This document shows, piece by piece, positions 1-9,017 of a DNA stretch of 64,000 nucleotides. A program made the position numbers and the translations under genes. How positions within the stretch are numbered: position 1 is the stretch's first letter; each line of letters begins with the position of its first letter. A model generated the notes under the pieces. That model was not told the origin of the DNA. It made no database searches and saw nothing but the letters and a program-made list of their open reading frames with translations. The stretch comes from Abditibacterium sp. (lineage in GTDB: Bacteria; Armatimonadota; Abditibacteriia; Abditibacteriales; Abditibacteriaceae), in NCBI GenBank assembly GCA_965246885.1, contig OZ251992.1, forward strand, positions 2,048,001 through 2,112,000. Reading direction: 5' to 3'.

Positions 1-328
1 GCCGCCACGCTTCGGCGCGCGCGTGGATGTTGGACAGGTGCACCTCAATGACCGGCTTCTTGATCGCAGCAATGGCGTCGCGCAGGGCGTAGGAATAGTG
101 TGTCAGCGCCCCCGCGTTGAGAACGACGACGTTGGCGTCCGTGCTGTGCAAGGCATCTATGAGCGCGCCCTCGTGATTGGACTGAAGCGTTTCCACTTCG
201 ACGGCCAAGTCGTCGCCGAGGGTTTGCAAGCGCTCGTTAATAGTGTCGAGCGTCGTCGTGCCGTAGACGGACGGCTCGCGCGTGCCCAGCAAGTTCAGGT
301 TCGGGCCGTGTAAGATGAGGATTTTCAT
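1..328 (-). CDS. aroQ: Type II 3-dehydroquinate dehydratase (5' part; runs off window start)
   Basis: Manual translation from ATG at 328: MKILILHGPNLNLLGTREPSVYG, the type II DHQase signature. Missing from the ORF track because the window edge truncates it. Confidence 0.95.
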   Translation of the reverse strand, partial: MKILILHGPNLNLLGTREPSVYGTTTLDTINERLQTLGDDLAVEVETLQSNHEGALIDALHSTDANVVVLNAGALTHYSYALRDAIAAIKKPVIEVHLSNIHARAEAWR

Positions 329-361
329 GGGTGTGAGTGTCGTTTGGGCGGCGGTTACACT

Positions 362-2389
362 TTACGGGTTGGCGTTCGCCAACCTCCGCAGGCCGCTTTC
401 CAAGTCGTCCAAGTCGTCGAAGTGGTTGATCGAGCTTTCGCCTTGCCCCGCTTGGATGAGCGCCTGATTCTGCCGTTGCAGTGACCGCGCAAGCGCGCAG
501 TCGGCGAGGGCACGTTGGACGAGCGGCGCCAAACGCCCGTGCGCCCGCAGTTTCGGCGCAAGCGCGAGCACCGCGCGGGCGAAGTCGAGGTTGACGTCCA
601 AGTCGCGCCCCAACGCCGGGTATTTGCCATATGGCGCATCCCACTCGCCCAGCACCTGCGCGAAGTCGTCGAAGGCCCGCCGGTCTTTGTGGTCGTATCT
701 CCAGCGTCCGCGCTCCATGCGCAGCGAGGTGTTGAGCGGGTCGAGCGCGACGGCGCGGTCATACAGTTCGTCCACGCGCTTCACATCCGCGCCAGTCGCA
801 GCCGTCACCTTTGCCAGCTTCGACGCATAAGCGCGCGGATGCGAGGCGCTGTCCGGCTGGAGAGACATCGCGCGATTAAAGCGCGTTTCCCACGTCGCGC
901 GGTCATCCATCGGTGTCGCGCGCGCCGCGAAATTCCATACCCGCGCCGAGCCGGGGTCGGTCGTAAGCGCCGCCTCGACTTGCGGAGCGGGCAAGCCCAG
1001 CCTCAGGTTGTGATCGGCGAGGGCGCGCAAATCCTCCCCACCCGCGACCTGCTGCGTGCCATAACCCGCGAGCAGTAGCACTAACGTCGCGCCCAAAAAC
1101 GGCCAGTTCAAGCCGCGCCTCTGAGGTTCGGGCGCCGTCTCCTCGGCTTCGCCGCACAGTGCAAGGGACAGCGACACCACCCCCACTACCGCCAGCACCG
1201 ACCAAGGCGCGTCGAAGAAGCCGTGAACTATGACAGCAGTTAGCGCCGCCAAGCCGCAGGCTCCCATCGCAAACTCCGGTGTTTTGAGCTTGCGCCACCC
1301 CGCCCGCACCGCCAACACGAACGCTCCCACTAAAAGCGCCAGCGAGGGCCAACCGCTTTCCGCCGCTATCTGAAGCCACGACTCGTGCGCCGTGCGCGTG
1401 TAACCGGCCAAGGCATAGCGCGGATAGACCGTCGGAAACGCTCCCGGCCCAAAGCCCGTTAAGGGCCGCGCGTTCGCCATGTGGAGCGTGCTGCGCCACA
1501 GCACGGCGCGGAACTGCGTCGAGTTGTCGTCCGCCCCATGCGCGATGGCCAGCCTCCGCCCCACTGTTTTGACCGCCACCGCCCCGAACACCAGCGCCAC
1601 CACCAGCAAAAGCGGCCACGCCTTGCGCGCCATGCGGCCAAGCGCCTCGCCCCGCGCCCGAAGTAGCGCCGCCAATAGTACCAACCCCCCGACAAGCGCC
1701 GCCGCAAAACCGCCCTTGCTGGACGTCAGCGCGAGGGCTAAGGCCAGCAACGCTCCCGGCCCGCACGCCACAATGACCAAGGCCGCTTTGCCAGTTCGCC
1801 GCCACGCTTCCATCGGCAGAAGCGCGGACAGTAAAAGTGAGGGCGCCAGCATCGCCGCGAACAGGTTCGAGTTCAAAAACGCGACCGTATAGGGAAAGCC
1901 GCCACCCATTTGCCGCGTGTTGTGGCTCGTCACAAAGTCGATCAACGCCCCCGCCGCCGGAACGCACGCGCCCAATACTGCCACGACCGTGATGGCCCGC
2001 AAGTGCCCCCGTAGCGCCCGTAGCGCGAAAAAGAGGAACAGCCCACCCGTCACACGGCCCAATTCCAGCCACGCGTCGTGCGCATACACGCCCGCAAGCA
2101 CCGCCACCAAGTTCCAGCCCAGAAACGCCAACAGAAGCGCGCTGATGCCATCCCAATGCGGCGCCGGCAACGATGAAGCGAGCGCCAAGCACAGCGCCAG
2201 ACCACATAAAAAAAGCAGGGCGAGGGTTTGCGGCCAGTAATTAAAATCGGTGGGTGGGTGGTTGCAAAACTGCGAGGGCGCCAAAAATAAGAACGCCCCG
2301 ACTCCCCACAATGCCAAACGCGCCGGAAACGCGCCCTCCCTTTTGACCGCGACCGCCTGCGCTCTTTGTTCGACCGATGCCCGCAACAT
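362..2389 (-). CDS. O-antigen ligase (Wzy_C/WaaL-like) membrane protein with C-terminal TPR-like region
   Basis: Many TM segments; motifs FLNSNLFA, LTSSKGG, R..LWR..L.M...RPLTGFGPGAF, AHESWLQIAAESG, HGFFD. Confidence 0.85.
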   Translation of the reverse strand: MLRASVEQRAQAVAVKREGAFPARLALWGVGAFLFLAPSQFCNHPPTDFNYWPQTLALLFLCGLALCLALASSLPAPHWDGISALLLAFLGWNLVAVLAGVYAHDAWLELGRVTGGLFLFFALRALRGHLRAITVVAVLGACVPAAGALIDFVTSHNTRQMGGGFPYTVAFLNSNLFAAMLAPSLLLSALLPMEAWRRTGKAALVIVACGPGALLALALALTSSKGGFAAALVGGLVLLAALLRARGEALGRMARKAWPLLLVVALVFGAVAVKTVGRRLAIAHGADDNSTQFRAVLWRSTLHMANARPLTGFGPGAFPTVYPRYALAGYTRTAHESWLQIAAESGWPSLALLVGAFVLAVRAGWRKLKTPEFAMGACGLAALTAVIVHGFFDAPWSVLAVVGVVSLSLALCGEAEETAPEPQRRGLNWPFLGATLVLLLAGYGTQQVAGGEDLRALADHNLRLGLPAPQVEAALTTDPGSARVWNFAARATPMDDRATWETRFNRAMSLQPDSASHPRAYASKLAKVTAATGADVKRVDELYDRAVALDPLNTSLRMERGRWRYDHKDRRAFDDFAQVLGEWDAPYGKYPALGRDLDVNLDFARAVLALAPKLRAHGRLAPLVQRALADCALARSLQRQNQALIQAGQGESSINHFDDLDDLESGLRRLANANP

Positions 2390-2412
2390 AGAACACGCAG
2401 TTTATGGCGCCG

Positions 2413-2538
2413 CGACAGACACCCCGCACCGACTCACCGCCATCAGCGACTCGCCGACAGACGTCTGGGATTCTTCGACAGACGTCTGGGATTCTTCGAC
2501 AGACGTCTGGGATTCTTCGACAGACGTCTGTCATCGGC
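2413..2538. repeat. 21-bp-period tandem repeat array (CGACAGACGTCTGGGATTCTT x3 plus degenerate units)
   Basis: Units start at 2455, 2476, 2497 and 2518, with degenerate units from 2413. The last unit contains the palindrome GACAGACGTCTGTC. Confidence 0.9.
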
Positions 2539-2550
2539 TCCCGGAACGAC

Positions 2551-2580
2551 GAAACCGCCCCCCGTGTGGGAGGCGGTTTC
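2551..2580 (-). terminator. Hairpin terminator downstream of tRNA-Gly
   Basis: GAAACCGCCCCCCGTGTGGGAGGCGGTTTC inverted repeat immediately 3' of the minus-strand tRNA. Confidence 0.65.
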
Positions 2581-2592
2581 GCGCCTATGCAA

Positions 2593-2664
2593 AGCGGAAG
2601 ACGGGATTTGAACCCGCGACCCTCAACGTGGGAGGTTGATGCTCTACCCCTGAGCTACTTCCGC
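2593..2664 (-). tRNA. tRNA-Gly (anticodon CCC)
   Basis: Reverse complement folds as GCGGAAG-TA-GCTC-AGGGGTA-GAGC-A-TCAAC-CTCCCAC-GTTGA-GGGTC-GCGGG-TTCAAAT-CCCGT-CTTCCGC-T. No encoded CCA. Confidence 0.95.
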
Positions 2665-2674
2665 AAGGCATTAG

Positions 2675-2703
2675 AATTTACTCCTTTGGAGCCATTGCTG
2701 CAA
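2675..2703 (-). promoter_or_regulatory. Putative sigma70 promoter of tRNA-Gly
   Basis: Minus strand TTGCAG-N17-TAAATT about 10 bp upstream of the tRNA 5' end. Confidence 0.5.
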
Positions 2704-2704
2704 C

Positions 2705-2745
2705 GGGGTAGAGCATCAACCTCCCACGTTGAGGGTCGCGGGTTC
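2705..2745 (+). repeat. 41-bp perfect inverted copy of the tRNA-Gly core (tRNA fragment)
   Basis: GGGGTAGAGCATCAACCTCCCACGTTGAGGGTCGCGGGTTC is the exact reverse complement of 2610-2650. Confidence 0.95.
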
Positions 2746-2775
2746 GGGTTCTTTCCGTTGGGCAAACTATCTTCT

Positions 2776-3450
2776 GTGTTTTTCGACCTCTCGCAAATTG
2801 CCGTGCGCGACGCTTATAAGTTGCTTACAGGCGTCGTGGTGCCGCGCCCCATTGCGCTTGTGACTTCGGTTTCGCAAGCGGGCATCGTCAACGCGGCGCC
2901 GTATTCGTTCTTCAACTTACTGGGTTCTGACCCGCCCATAATAGCCATTGGCGTGGGCGACCGCGCGCCGGGGGTGGGCAAAGACACCGCGCGCAACCTC
3001 GAAGCGAGCGGCGAGTTCGTGGTGAACATCGTGGACGAGGCGTTGGCGCAAGCGATGAACGACTGCGCGACCGATTTTCCGCCCGATTGGAGCGAGGTCG
3101 AAGCGCTGGGGCTGGCGGTTTCGGGCGGAAAGACGGGGCAGATCGTGCGCGTTCCGCGCCTGTTGGACGCGCCCGCGAGCTTGGAGTGCCGCCATCATTC
3201 CAGCCTGCAAATCGGGCGCAACCGCATTGTGTTGGGCGAGGTGGTGGGTCTGTGGGTGCGCGACGAGTTCGTGAACCCGGAAAAGTTCCACGTGGCAACA
3301 AAGGAGATGCGCGTCATCGGGCGTGGCGGCGGCGGGAACGAGGGCGGATACTTTCGCTTGCACGACACCTTTACCCTGCCGCGCCAAACCTTCGGGGAAT
3401 GGCAAGCGGAGCATGGCGGCGGAACTTCTGAGGAGCGCGTGTCAAACTAA
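2776..3450 (+). CDS. Flavin reductase family protein (DIM6/NTAB-like)
   Basis: YKLLTGVVVPRPIALVTS..NAAPYSFFN..KDTARN..GEFVVN motifs. Start set at GTG 2776 because the upstream ORF extension crosses repeats and the tRNA. Confidence 0.9.
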   Translation: MFFDLSQIAVRDAYKLLTGVVVPRPIALVTSVSQAGIVNAAPYSFFNLLGSDPPIIAIGVGDRAPGVGKDTARNLEASGEFVVNIVDEALAQAMNDCATDFPPDWSEVEALGLAVSGGKTGQIVRVPRLLDAPASLECRHHSSLQIGRNRIVLGEVVGLWVRDEFVNPEKFHVATKEMRVIGRGGGGNEGGYFRLHDTFTLPRQTFGEWQAEHGGGTSEERVSN

Positions 3451-3455
3451 GACTT

Positions 3456-4115
3456 ATGCGACGCATCTACACCCTGCCGTTAGCGGCTCTGGTTTTGGCA
3501 CTGGGCATCCAATCGTTTCGCGCCACGCAGAGCGGGCATGGCGGCGCAACCGTGACGGCAGCCCCCGAAACTGCGCCCAAAACGAAAAGCAAGGCGCCGG
3601 ACAAAGAGAAACCCATGTCATTCCTCGACTTTCAAACGCAATCGCTCGATGGTAAACCCGTTGACCTGTCCCAATATAAGGGGCGGGTTCTCCTCGTGGT
3701 GAACACCGCTTCGCAGTGCGGCTTCACCCCGCAATACGCGGGGTTGGAAAAGCTCTACGCGGACAACAAGGACAAGGGGCTGACGATCATCGGCTTTCCG
3801 GCGAACAACTTCGGAGGCCAAGAGCCGGGCAGCAACGAGGAAATTGGCGCGTTTTGCAAGAAGAACTACGGCGTCACCTTTCCAATGATGGCGAAGAGTT
3901 CAGTCAAGGGCGACGACCAGTCACCGATTTTCCACTTCCTGACGCAAGAGGCCAACCCCGACCTGACCGGGGACATCGCGTGGAACTTCGAGAAGTTCCT
4001 CATTTCGCGCGACGGCAAGCTCGTGGCGCGCTGGAAGTCGGGCGTCACCCCCGATGCCGATGAACTGCAAAAAGCCCTAAAAACGGAGCTTGACCGCAAG
4101 CCGGGCGCGAAATGA
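3456..4115 (+). CDS. Glutathione peroxidase (Cys-type), possibly exported
   Basis: VNTASQCGFTPQY, GFPANNFGGQEPG, WNFEKFL motifs. Hydrophobic N-terminal leader; alternative start at ATG 3615. Confidence 0.92.
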   Translation: MRRIYTLPLAALVLALGIQSFRATQSGHGGATVTAAPETAPKTKSKAPDKEKPMSFLDFQTQSLDGKPVDLSQYKGRVLLVVNTASQCGFTPQYAGLEKLYADNKDKGLTIIGFPANNFGGQEPGSNEEIGAFCKKNYGVTFPMMAKSSVKGDDQSPIFHFLTQEANPDLTGDIAWNFEKFLISRDGKLVARWKSGVTPDADELQKALKTELDRKPGAK

Positions 4116-4381
4116 CCATCCACATTCACTACAAGGACATCCAAGAGACCTTCGAGGCGCGCAACGCGGACGAGGCGCTGTCCACCTTCAAAAAGGAAGC
4201 CGCCAAACGCGCTAACTTCGCCATGCGCGTTGCCATCAACACCATGAGCGACCTCAAGTTCGCCGGAGAAGTTGTGTCGCGCGCCAACAAAGCCCGCGAG
4301 AAGAACGACCCCCTGCCCAAGAACGCGCAGGACTTTCTCAAGTGGGCGCAGGAGAACGGCTTTTTAACTCTGGGCGAGTAG
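4112..4381 (+). CDS. Small hypothetical protein
   Basis: 89-aa ORF with ATGA overlap to the upstream gene and typical codon usage. Confidence 0.7.
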   Translation: MTIHIHYKDIQETFEARNADEALSTFKKEAAKRANFAMRVAINTMSDLKFAGEVVSRANKAREKNDPLPKNAQDFLKWAQENGFLTLGE

Positions 4382-4432
4382 GAGCGCCCGCATTGGGAAC
4401 GCCGCACCGCCATGTCGGTCGAGAAGCGGCCC

Positions 4433-5773
4433 ATGAACGACGCCCTTTTACCCCCCGAATTTCCCACGCGAACCGATGTGGCCGTGATTGGCGCGGGCGC
4501 GGCGGGACTAATGGCCGCCATTTTCGCGGCGCGGGCGGGCGCGACGGTGCACCTGTTCGACGGCGCCAAGAAAGTCGGGGCGAAAATCCTCGTGTCGGGC
4601 GGCTCGCGTTGCAACGTCACTAACGAGGCGGTTGTGCCAGCGCGCTTTCATGGCGAGGGCGCGCCCGCGTTCGTGTCGCGGGTGTTGCGGGCGTATTCGC
4701 CCGATCAGACGCGGCGCTTCTTCGAGGAGATCGGTGTGCCGCTCAAGTTGGAGCCGACCGGGAAGTTTTTTCCGGTGTCCGATTCATCAAGACAAGTGTT
4801 GGGGGCGCTGTTGCACGCGGCACACCGCGCGGGTGCGGTCTTGCACGCGCAGACGGACGTGTGCGCGCTCACGCGCGCGGAGGAGGGGGACGGTTGGCAA
4901 CTCGAAACTACGCGGGGCGTAGTTTACGCGCGCGCGGTGATTCTGGCGACGGGAGGTTTGGCGCTTCCAAAGAGCGGCTCGAACGGGCGCGGTTATAGTT
5001 TCGCGCGCGCGTTGGGCCACTCGATTATCCAAACGACGCCCGCGCTGTCGCCGCTTCTGGGGCGGGACGCGCATTTCCCGCTCGCGGCGGGCACAACGCT
5101 TCCCGTGCGTTTGCGCTTGCACGCGGGCGCTGACCCGCGCTCCGCGAAGCGGCTGGCCTCGTATGAAGGCTCGTTTCTATTTACCCATCACGGCTTTTCC
5201 GGGCCAGTGGCGCTCAATATCAGCCGCCACTTCGCGCATCACCAGCCGCTTCAGGCGGGCGCGAGCGTGTTCGCCTCGCTTTTGCCGGACGTGGCCGAGG
5301 GCGGAGAAGCGAAGTGGTGGCACGAGTTCGTCGGGAAGTCAAGCAAAAAGGCGCTGGGCAACGCGCTTGAAACGCTGTTTTCGGCGAAGTTAGCGGCGGT
5401 ATTGGCGGCGCGGGCAAACGTGTCTCCGTCGCTTCCGGTTGGGCGCCTCAGCCCTGCGCAGAACGAGGCGCTCCGGCGCGAACTGTTCTGGGCGCCGCTC
5501 GGTGTCTTCGATGTCGCGCCCTATGAGAAGGCCGAAACGACGGCGGGGGGAATTGCGCTTGCGGAGATAGAGCCGTCCACGATGGGAAGCCGGTTGCATC
5601 CGGGCCTTTATTTCGCGGGCGAAGTATGCGATGTGGACGGGGAGTTGGGCGGCTTCAACTTCCAGTGGGCGTGGAGTTCGGGCGTCGTCGCGGGGCGGGC
5701 GGCGGCGCAAGCGCGAACGAGCGCTCACCACTTGGCTTTAAATATGACCCATTCGACGAACTTGGACATATAA
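4433..5773 (+). CDS. HI0933/YhiN/BaiN-family flavoprotein (NAD(P)/FAD-dependent oxidoreductase)
   Basis: GAGAAG, KILVSGGSRCNVTN, ATGGLALPKSGSNG, GSFLFTHHGFSGP, T.GG, GEVCDVDGELGGFNFQWAWSSG motifs. Confidence 0.92.
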   Translation: MNDALLPPEFPTRTDVAVIGAGAAGLMAAIFAARAGATVHLFDGAKKVGAKILVSGGSRCNVTNEAVVPARFHGEGAPAFVSRVLRAYSPDQTRRFFEEIGVPLKLEPTGKFFPVSDSSRQVLGALLHAAHRAGAVLHAQTDVCALTRAEEGDGWQLETTRGVVYARAVILATGGLALPKSGSNGRGYSFARALGHSIIQTTPALSPLLGRDAHFPLAAGTTLPVRLRLHAGADPRSAKRLASYEGSFLFTHHGFSGPVALNISRHFAHHQPLQAGASVFASLLPDVAEGGEAKWWHEFVGKSSKKALGNALETLFSAKLAAVLAARANVSPSLPVGRLSPAQNEALRRELFWAPLGVFDVAPYEKAETTAGGIALAEIEPSTMGSRLHPGLYFAGEVCDVDGELGGFNFQWAWSSGVVAGRAAAQARTSAHHLALNMTHSTNLDI

Positions 5774-7365
5774 ATGAGCAGCACGAAGCCGAGCAAACCG
5801 CCGATCATGTACGAGGAGACCTGCGCGATTTGGTCGGGGGACATCTGGGTGGCCGCCAGTTGGTTTTGCGCGTCCGCCGAGGCTTTGATGGCGTCGGGCG
5901 TGACGCCGTTGGTCGAGAAAGAAAACGCCGCGAAGAGCTTGGTGTAGCCGCTCGTGAACTGAAGGAACAAGCGGTTGTAAAGGGGCCAGATGGCCAGCAT
6001 CGCCACGACGGTGCCGGGTAGCACAAGGGGCGAGATCATGCGGAACTTGTGCGTCTGGTGTTCGAGGTAGATGTAGCACCGCCCGCAAGGGGGCTTTTGC
6101 TGGGACTGCGTGGTGTCCTTGGCTTTGATGACTTCGAGCGGCTCGTTGCGAACGATGCGGCCCACCATCTCGGTATCGCAGTAGCAGCCGCGCCCGAACT
6201 TCCAGCACGTTTGCTTGGCGAGGAACGCGGGGCACAAGACACGGATTGGCTCGCGGCAAAAGGGCAGCTTCCAGCAGGGCGACATCATGTTCGCTTGGCG
6301 GGCGACCTTTTGCTGCTTGGACTCGACCGGGTTACCAAAACCGACGGCGCCGCCCAAGGTTTGTTTGGCCTTGATCTGAGCGGGCAGGTTCCACAGCCAC
6401 TGCGCGACATCCACTAACGCTTTCAGGCCGCCGATAATCAGAAGCCACTTGCCCACGTTGAAGAATTGGCCCGACATCGGCAGAAAGAGTGGGTTGGCGT
6501 CGCCGAGCAGGGCGCGAACGCCGAGCGGCACGGCGAAGTGGAACAAGAGGCCGATGCCCGCAACGGTTGCGCCCAAGCGGTTGTCCTCGTAGGAAAGAAG
6601 CAGCATCGAAGCGGCGAGGGCGAAGGTGCCAAGGGTGAACGCTTTGGTCGCCAGAATGAGGAAGTGAATGAGGTCGGCGCCCTTGGGGTTTTGGGCGATG
6701 TCGGCGGCGTGTCCGAAAAAGACGCCCGCCAAGAGAGTGGCGGCACTGGCGCCCACAACTAAAACGGCGATGCGCGCGACCCATGTGAAAAAGTCGCTTC
6801 CAGCGTCGAGGGCGCGCGAGACGTACGCGCCGTATTCTTGGATGGAGGAGGAAAAATCGTCGGACGGTGTGGCACTTTGGGCGATGGACGCGGCGTCCGG
6901 CTCGGTTAGAACAGGCGTGACCGCTTGGGCGGCGGGGGCGTTCAAGCCTGCGGGTTGCGACGGGTCAGCGCGCGGCGTGGTGGGGCGACCTTGTGCCGGA
7001 CGCATCAGGTTGGGCGGCGCTTTGGGCGCGTTGGCGGGAGCCGGTGCTCCAGTCGCGGGAGTCTGCGGGCGCGTCGCCGGAGTCGCCCCCGCTCCGGCGG
7101 ACGTTTGGCGCGGACGCGCCGACGACGGCGCTTCCGGCGCGGGCGTCGGCGCTCCGGTGGCGGGCGCGGGTGCCGGGGCAGATTTGGCAGGCGCCGCTTG
7201 CGGGGCGGCTGGCTTGGCGGCGCCTTCGTCTTCGAGGAACCACGAGAACTCCTCGGCGGCGGGGGCGCCGGACGGCGCGGGAGCACCCGCCGGAGCTTGG
7301 CCCGACGCGGGCTTTGGTGCGGGCGCGGGCGCTTCGTCGTCGCCTTCGAGCTTGAAAGAGGACAT
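5725..7365 (-). CDS. Membrane protein with Pro/Ala-rich N-terminus and Cys-rich (two-CW-like) domain
   Basis: Disordered N-terminus, about 4 TM, then CWKLPFC..CPAF..CWKFGRGCYC..CGRCYIY, then 2 more TM. Directly downstream of pilT. Confidence 0.75.
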   Translation of the reverse strand: MSSFKLEGDDEAPAPAPKPASGQAPAGAPAPSGAPAAEEFSWFLEDEGAAKPAAPQAAPAKSAPAPAPATGAPTPAPEAPSSARPRQTSAGAGATPATRPQTPATGAPAPANAPKAPPNLMRPAQGRPTTPRADPSQPAGLNAPAAQAVTPVLTEPDAASIAQSATPSDDFSSSIQEYGAYVSRALDAGSDFFTWVARIAVLVVGASAATLLAGVFFGHAADIAQNPKGADLIHFLILATKAFTLGTFALAASMLLLSYEDNRLGATVAGIGLLFHFAVPLGVRALLGDANPLFLPMSGQFFNVGKWLLIIGGLKALVDVAQWLWNLPAQIKAKQTLGGAVGFGNPVESKQQKVARQANMMSPCWKLPFCREPIRVLCPAFLAKQTCWKFGRGCYCDTEMVGRIVRNEPLEVIKAKDTTQSQQKPPCGRCYIYLEHQTHKFRMISPLVLPGTVVAMLAIWPLYNRLFLQFTSGYTKLFAAFSFSTNGVTPDAIKASADAQNQLAATQMSPDQIAQVSSYMIGGLLGFVLLIYMSKFVEWVIFKAKW

Positions 7366-7404
7366 AGTTACAACTCCAGTTTGAGAAAACGCCGCGCCTC
7401 ACGC

Positions 7405-8925
7405 TTACTTAGTGCCCGCTTCGGAGGGGTCGTAATCAATATCGTTGGCGCGGTAGGAATCGAGCAACCCCATTTTGTCAACGGCTTTGACGTAACCCTC
7501 GTGCGGGTCAACGCGGCCCGACTTGACGTGCTCCATGATGGAATCGTTCATGGTGAGCATGCCCATCGCTTTGCCGACCTGCATCTGCGAGGGCAACTGG
7601 AACGTCTTGCCTTCGCGGATGAGGTTGGCAACGGCGGAGGGGACGAGCAGAATTTCGTGTGCCGCCACCCGCTTGCCGTCCACCGTTCGGAGCAGCGTTT
7701 GCGCGATAACGCCCTTGAGAGACTCGGACAACATCACGCGGATTTGCGCCTGCTGGTCGGAAGGGAACTGGTCAATGATGCGGTCAACCGTCGAGGGCGC
7801 CGTCGTGGTGTGCAGCGTGCCGAAGACCAAGTGGCCGGTTTCCGCCGTTTCGATGGCGATGGCGATGGTTTCCAAGTCGCGCATTTCGCCGACGAGCACG
7901 ATGTCCGGGTCTTCGCGCAACGCCGCGCGCAGGGCGCGCTTAAAGCCTTCGGTGTGGACGTGCACCTCGCGCTGGTTGATGAGGCACTTGATGTTTTTGT
8001 GGACGAACTCGACGGGGTCTTCGATGGTGATGATGTGGTCGTCGCGGTTCTTGTTGATGTAATCTATCATCGCGGCAAGAGTGGTGGACTTACCGGAACC
8101 GGTCGGGCCGGTCACGACGACAAGGCCCTTGGACAGGTAGCACAAGTCGAGGATGGCGCGCTCCAAGCCGAGCTTTTCGGCGGTGAGCACATCGGACGGG
8201 ATGAGACGGAACACGCCGCCCATGCCCTTTCTGTCCATGAAGAAGTTGCAGCGATAGCGCGCGACGCCGGGGATTTCATACGCGAAGTCGGTGTCGCCCT
8301 CGGCCTCGAACTGCTCACGGTTGCGTTCGGGCGCGATCGGGAACAGGACGCGCTTGAGCATGTCGTGGTCGTGAACGGCGTAGTCGGCGAGGCGGTCTAT
8401 CTTGCCGTGTATGCGCATGATGGGCGCCTCGTCGCTGGACAAGTGCAAGTCGGAGGCTTCGACCGTCTTCATCATGCGGAACAGTTCGTCCATGTTCTCG
8501 ATGACCTTAGTGCCGGGGGTTTTCGATGTGGCAAAGGGGCTACCCGACGAGGGCGGCGGGGGCGGCACGTTCGAGGGCGGGGGCGGCATCTGGCTCGTGG
8601 GCGGCGGGGGTGGGGCTTGGGTGGCGCCGTTGGTATGCGGGAGGATGGCGACTTGAGTGGTCGGGCCTTGGCGCCCGACTTTGATGTCGAAGGCGCCGTG
8701 CGGGGATTGGTAGGGAAACGAAAAGCCGCCGTCTTGCGAGAGGTTGGCGCGCAGGTTCGGCGGCGTGATTTCGGCGAGCAGGTTTTGCAAGGCGGTGGCG
8801 GGCACCACGCTTCCGGCGCTTTGCACGCCGCCGACGAACATTTGCATCGGCTGGTCGTTGACCAGTAGCACGCGCTCGGCGCTACGCTGCGACATCATTC
8901 CGATGAGTTGATCTATTTGAGCCAT
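7405..8925 (-). CDS. pilT: Type IV pilus retraction ATPase PilT with extra N-terminal domain
   Basis: ASDLHL, Walker A GPTGSGKSTT, TIEDPVE, ALREDPDIVLVGEMRD, ETGHLVFGTLHT. Confidence 0.92.
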   Translation of the reverse strand: MAQIDQLIGMMSQRSAERVLLVNDQPMQMFVGGVQSAGSVVPATALQNLLAEITPPNLRANLSQDGGFSFPYQSPHGAFDIKVGRQGPTTQVAILPHTNGATQAPPPPPTSQMPPPPSNVPPPPPSSGSPFATSKTPGTKVIENMDELFRMMKTVEASDLHLSSDEAPIMRIHGKIDRLADYAVHDHDMLKRVLFPIAPERNREQFEAEGDTDFAYEIPGVARYRCNFFMDRKGMGGVFRLIPSDVLTAEKLGLERAILDLCYLSKGLVVVTGPTGSGKSTTLAAMIDYINKNRDDHIITIEDPVEFVHKNIKCLINQREVHVHTEGFKRALRAALREDPDIVLVGEMRDLETIAIAIETAETGHLVFGTLHTTTAPSTVDRIIDQFPSDQQAQIRVMLSESLKGVIAQTLLRTVDGKRVAAHEILLVPSAVANLIREGKTFQLPSQMQVGKAMGMLTMNDSIMEHVKSGRVDPHEGYVKAVDKMGLLDSYRANDIDYDPSEAGTK

Positions 8926-9017
8926 GAGACTGGAGTCGCGCGCCCAAGACGCCGCGCGGAAAACACCCTCAGTTTAGGCGTCCCCGCCATGCCCCAACAC
9001 CCGCGACTTCCCCTTCC

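Noticed and set aside
2413..2538. 21-bp arrays (also 20951, 30688, 61997) as CRISPR arrays
   Set aside because: Units are directly tandem with no unique 25-40-bp spacers, and no cas genes are recognisable in the window.
2705..2745. Second functional tRNA or prophage att site
   Set aside because: No acceptor stem or 3' T-stem; inverted rather than direct orientation; no integrase nearby.
2404..2775. N-terminal extension of the flavin reductase ORF
   Set aside because: It reads through tandem repeats, a terminator and the antisense of a tRNA; family similarity starts near GTG 2776.
3690..3740. Selenocysteine in the glutathione peroxidase
   Set aside because: The active-site codon is TGC (Cys) and there is no in-frame TGA.
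6925..8868. Long antisense/shadow ORFs (e.g. 6925-8868 +, 33522-34901 -, 46969-48450 -, 26953-28179 +)
   Set aside because: They lie opposite well-supported genes, which is expected from high-GC codon bias, and show no motifs.
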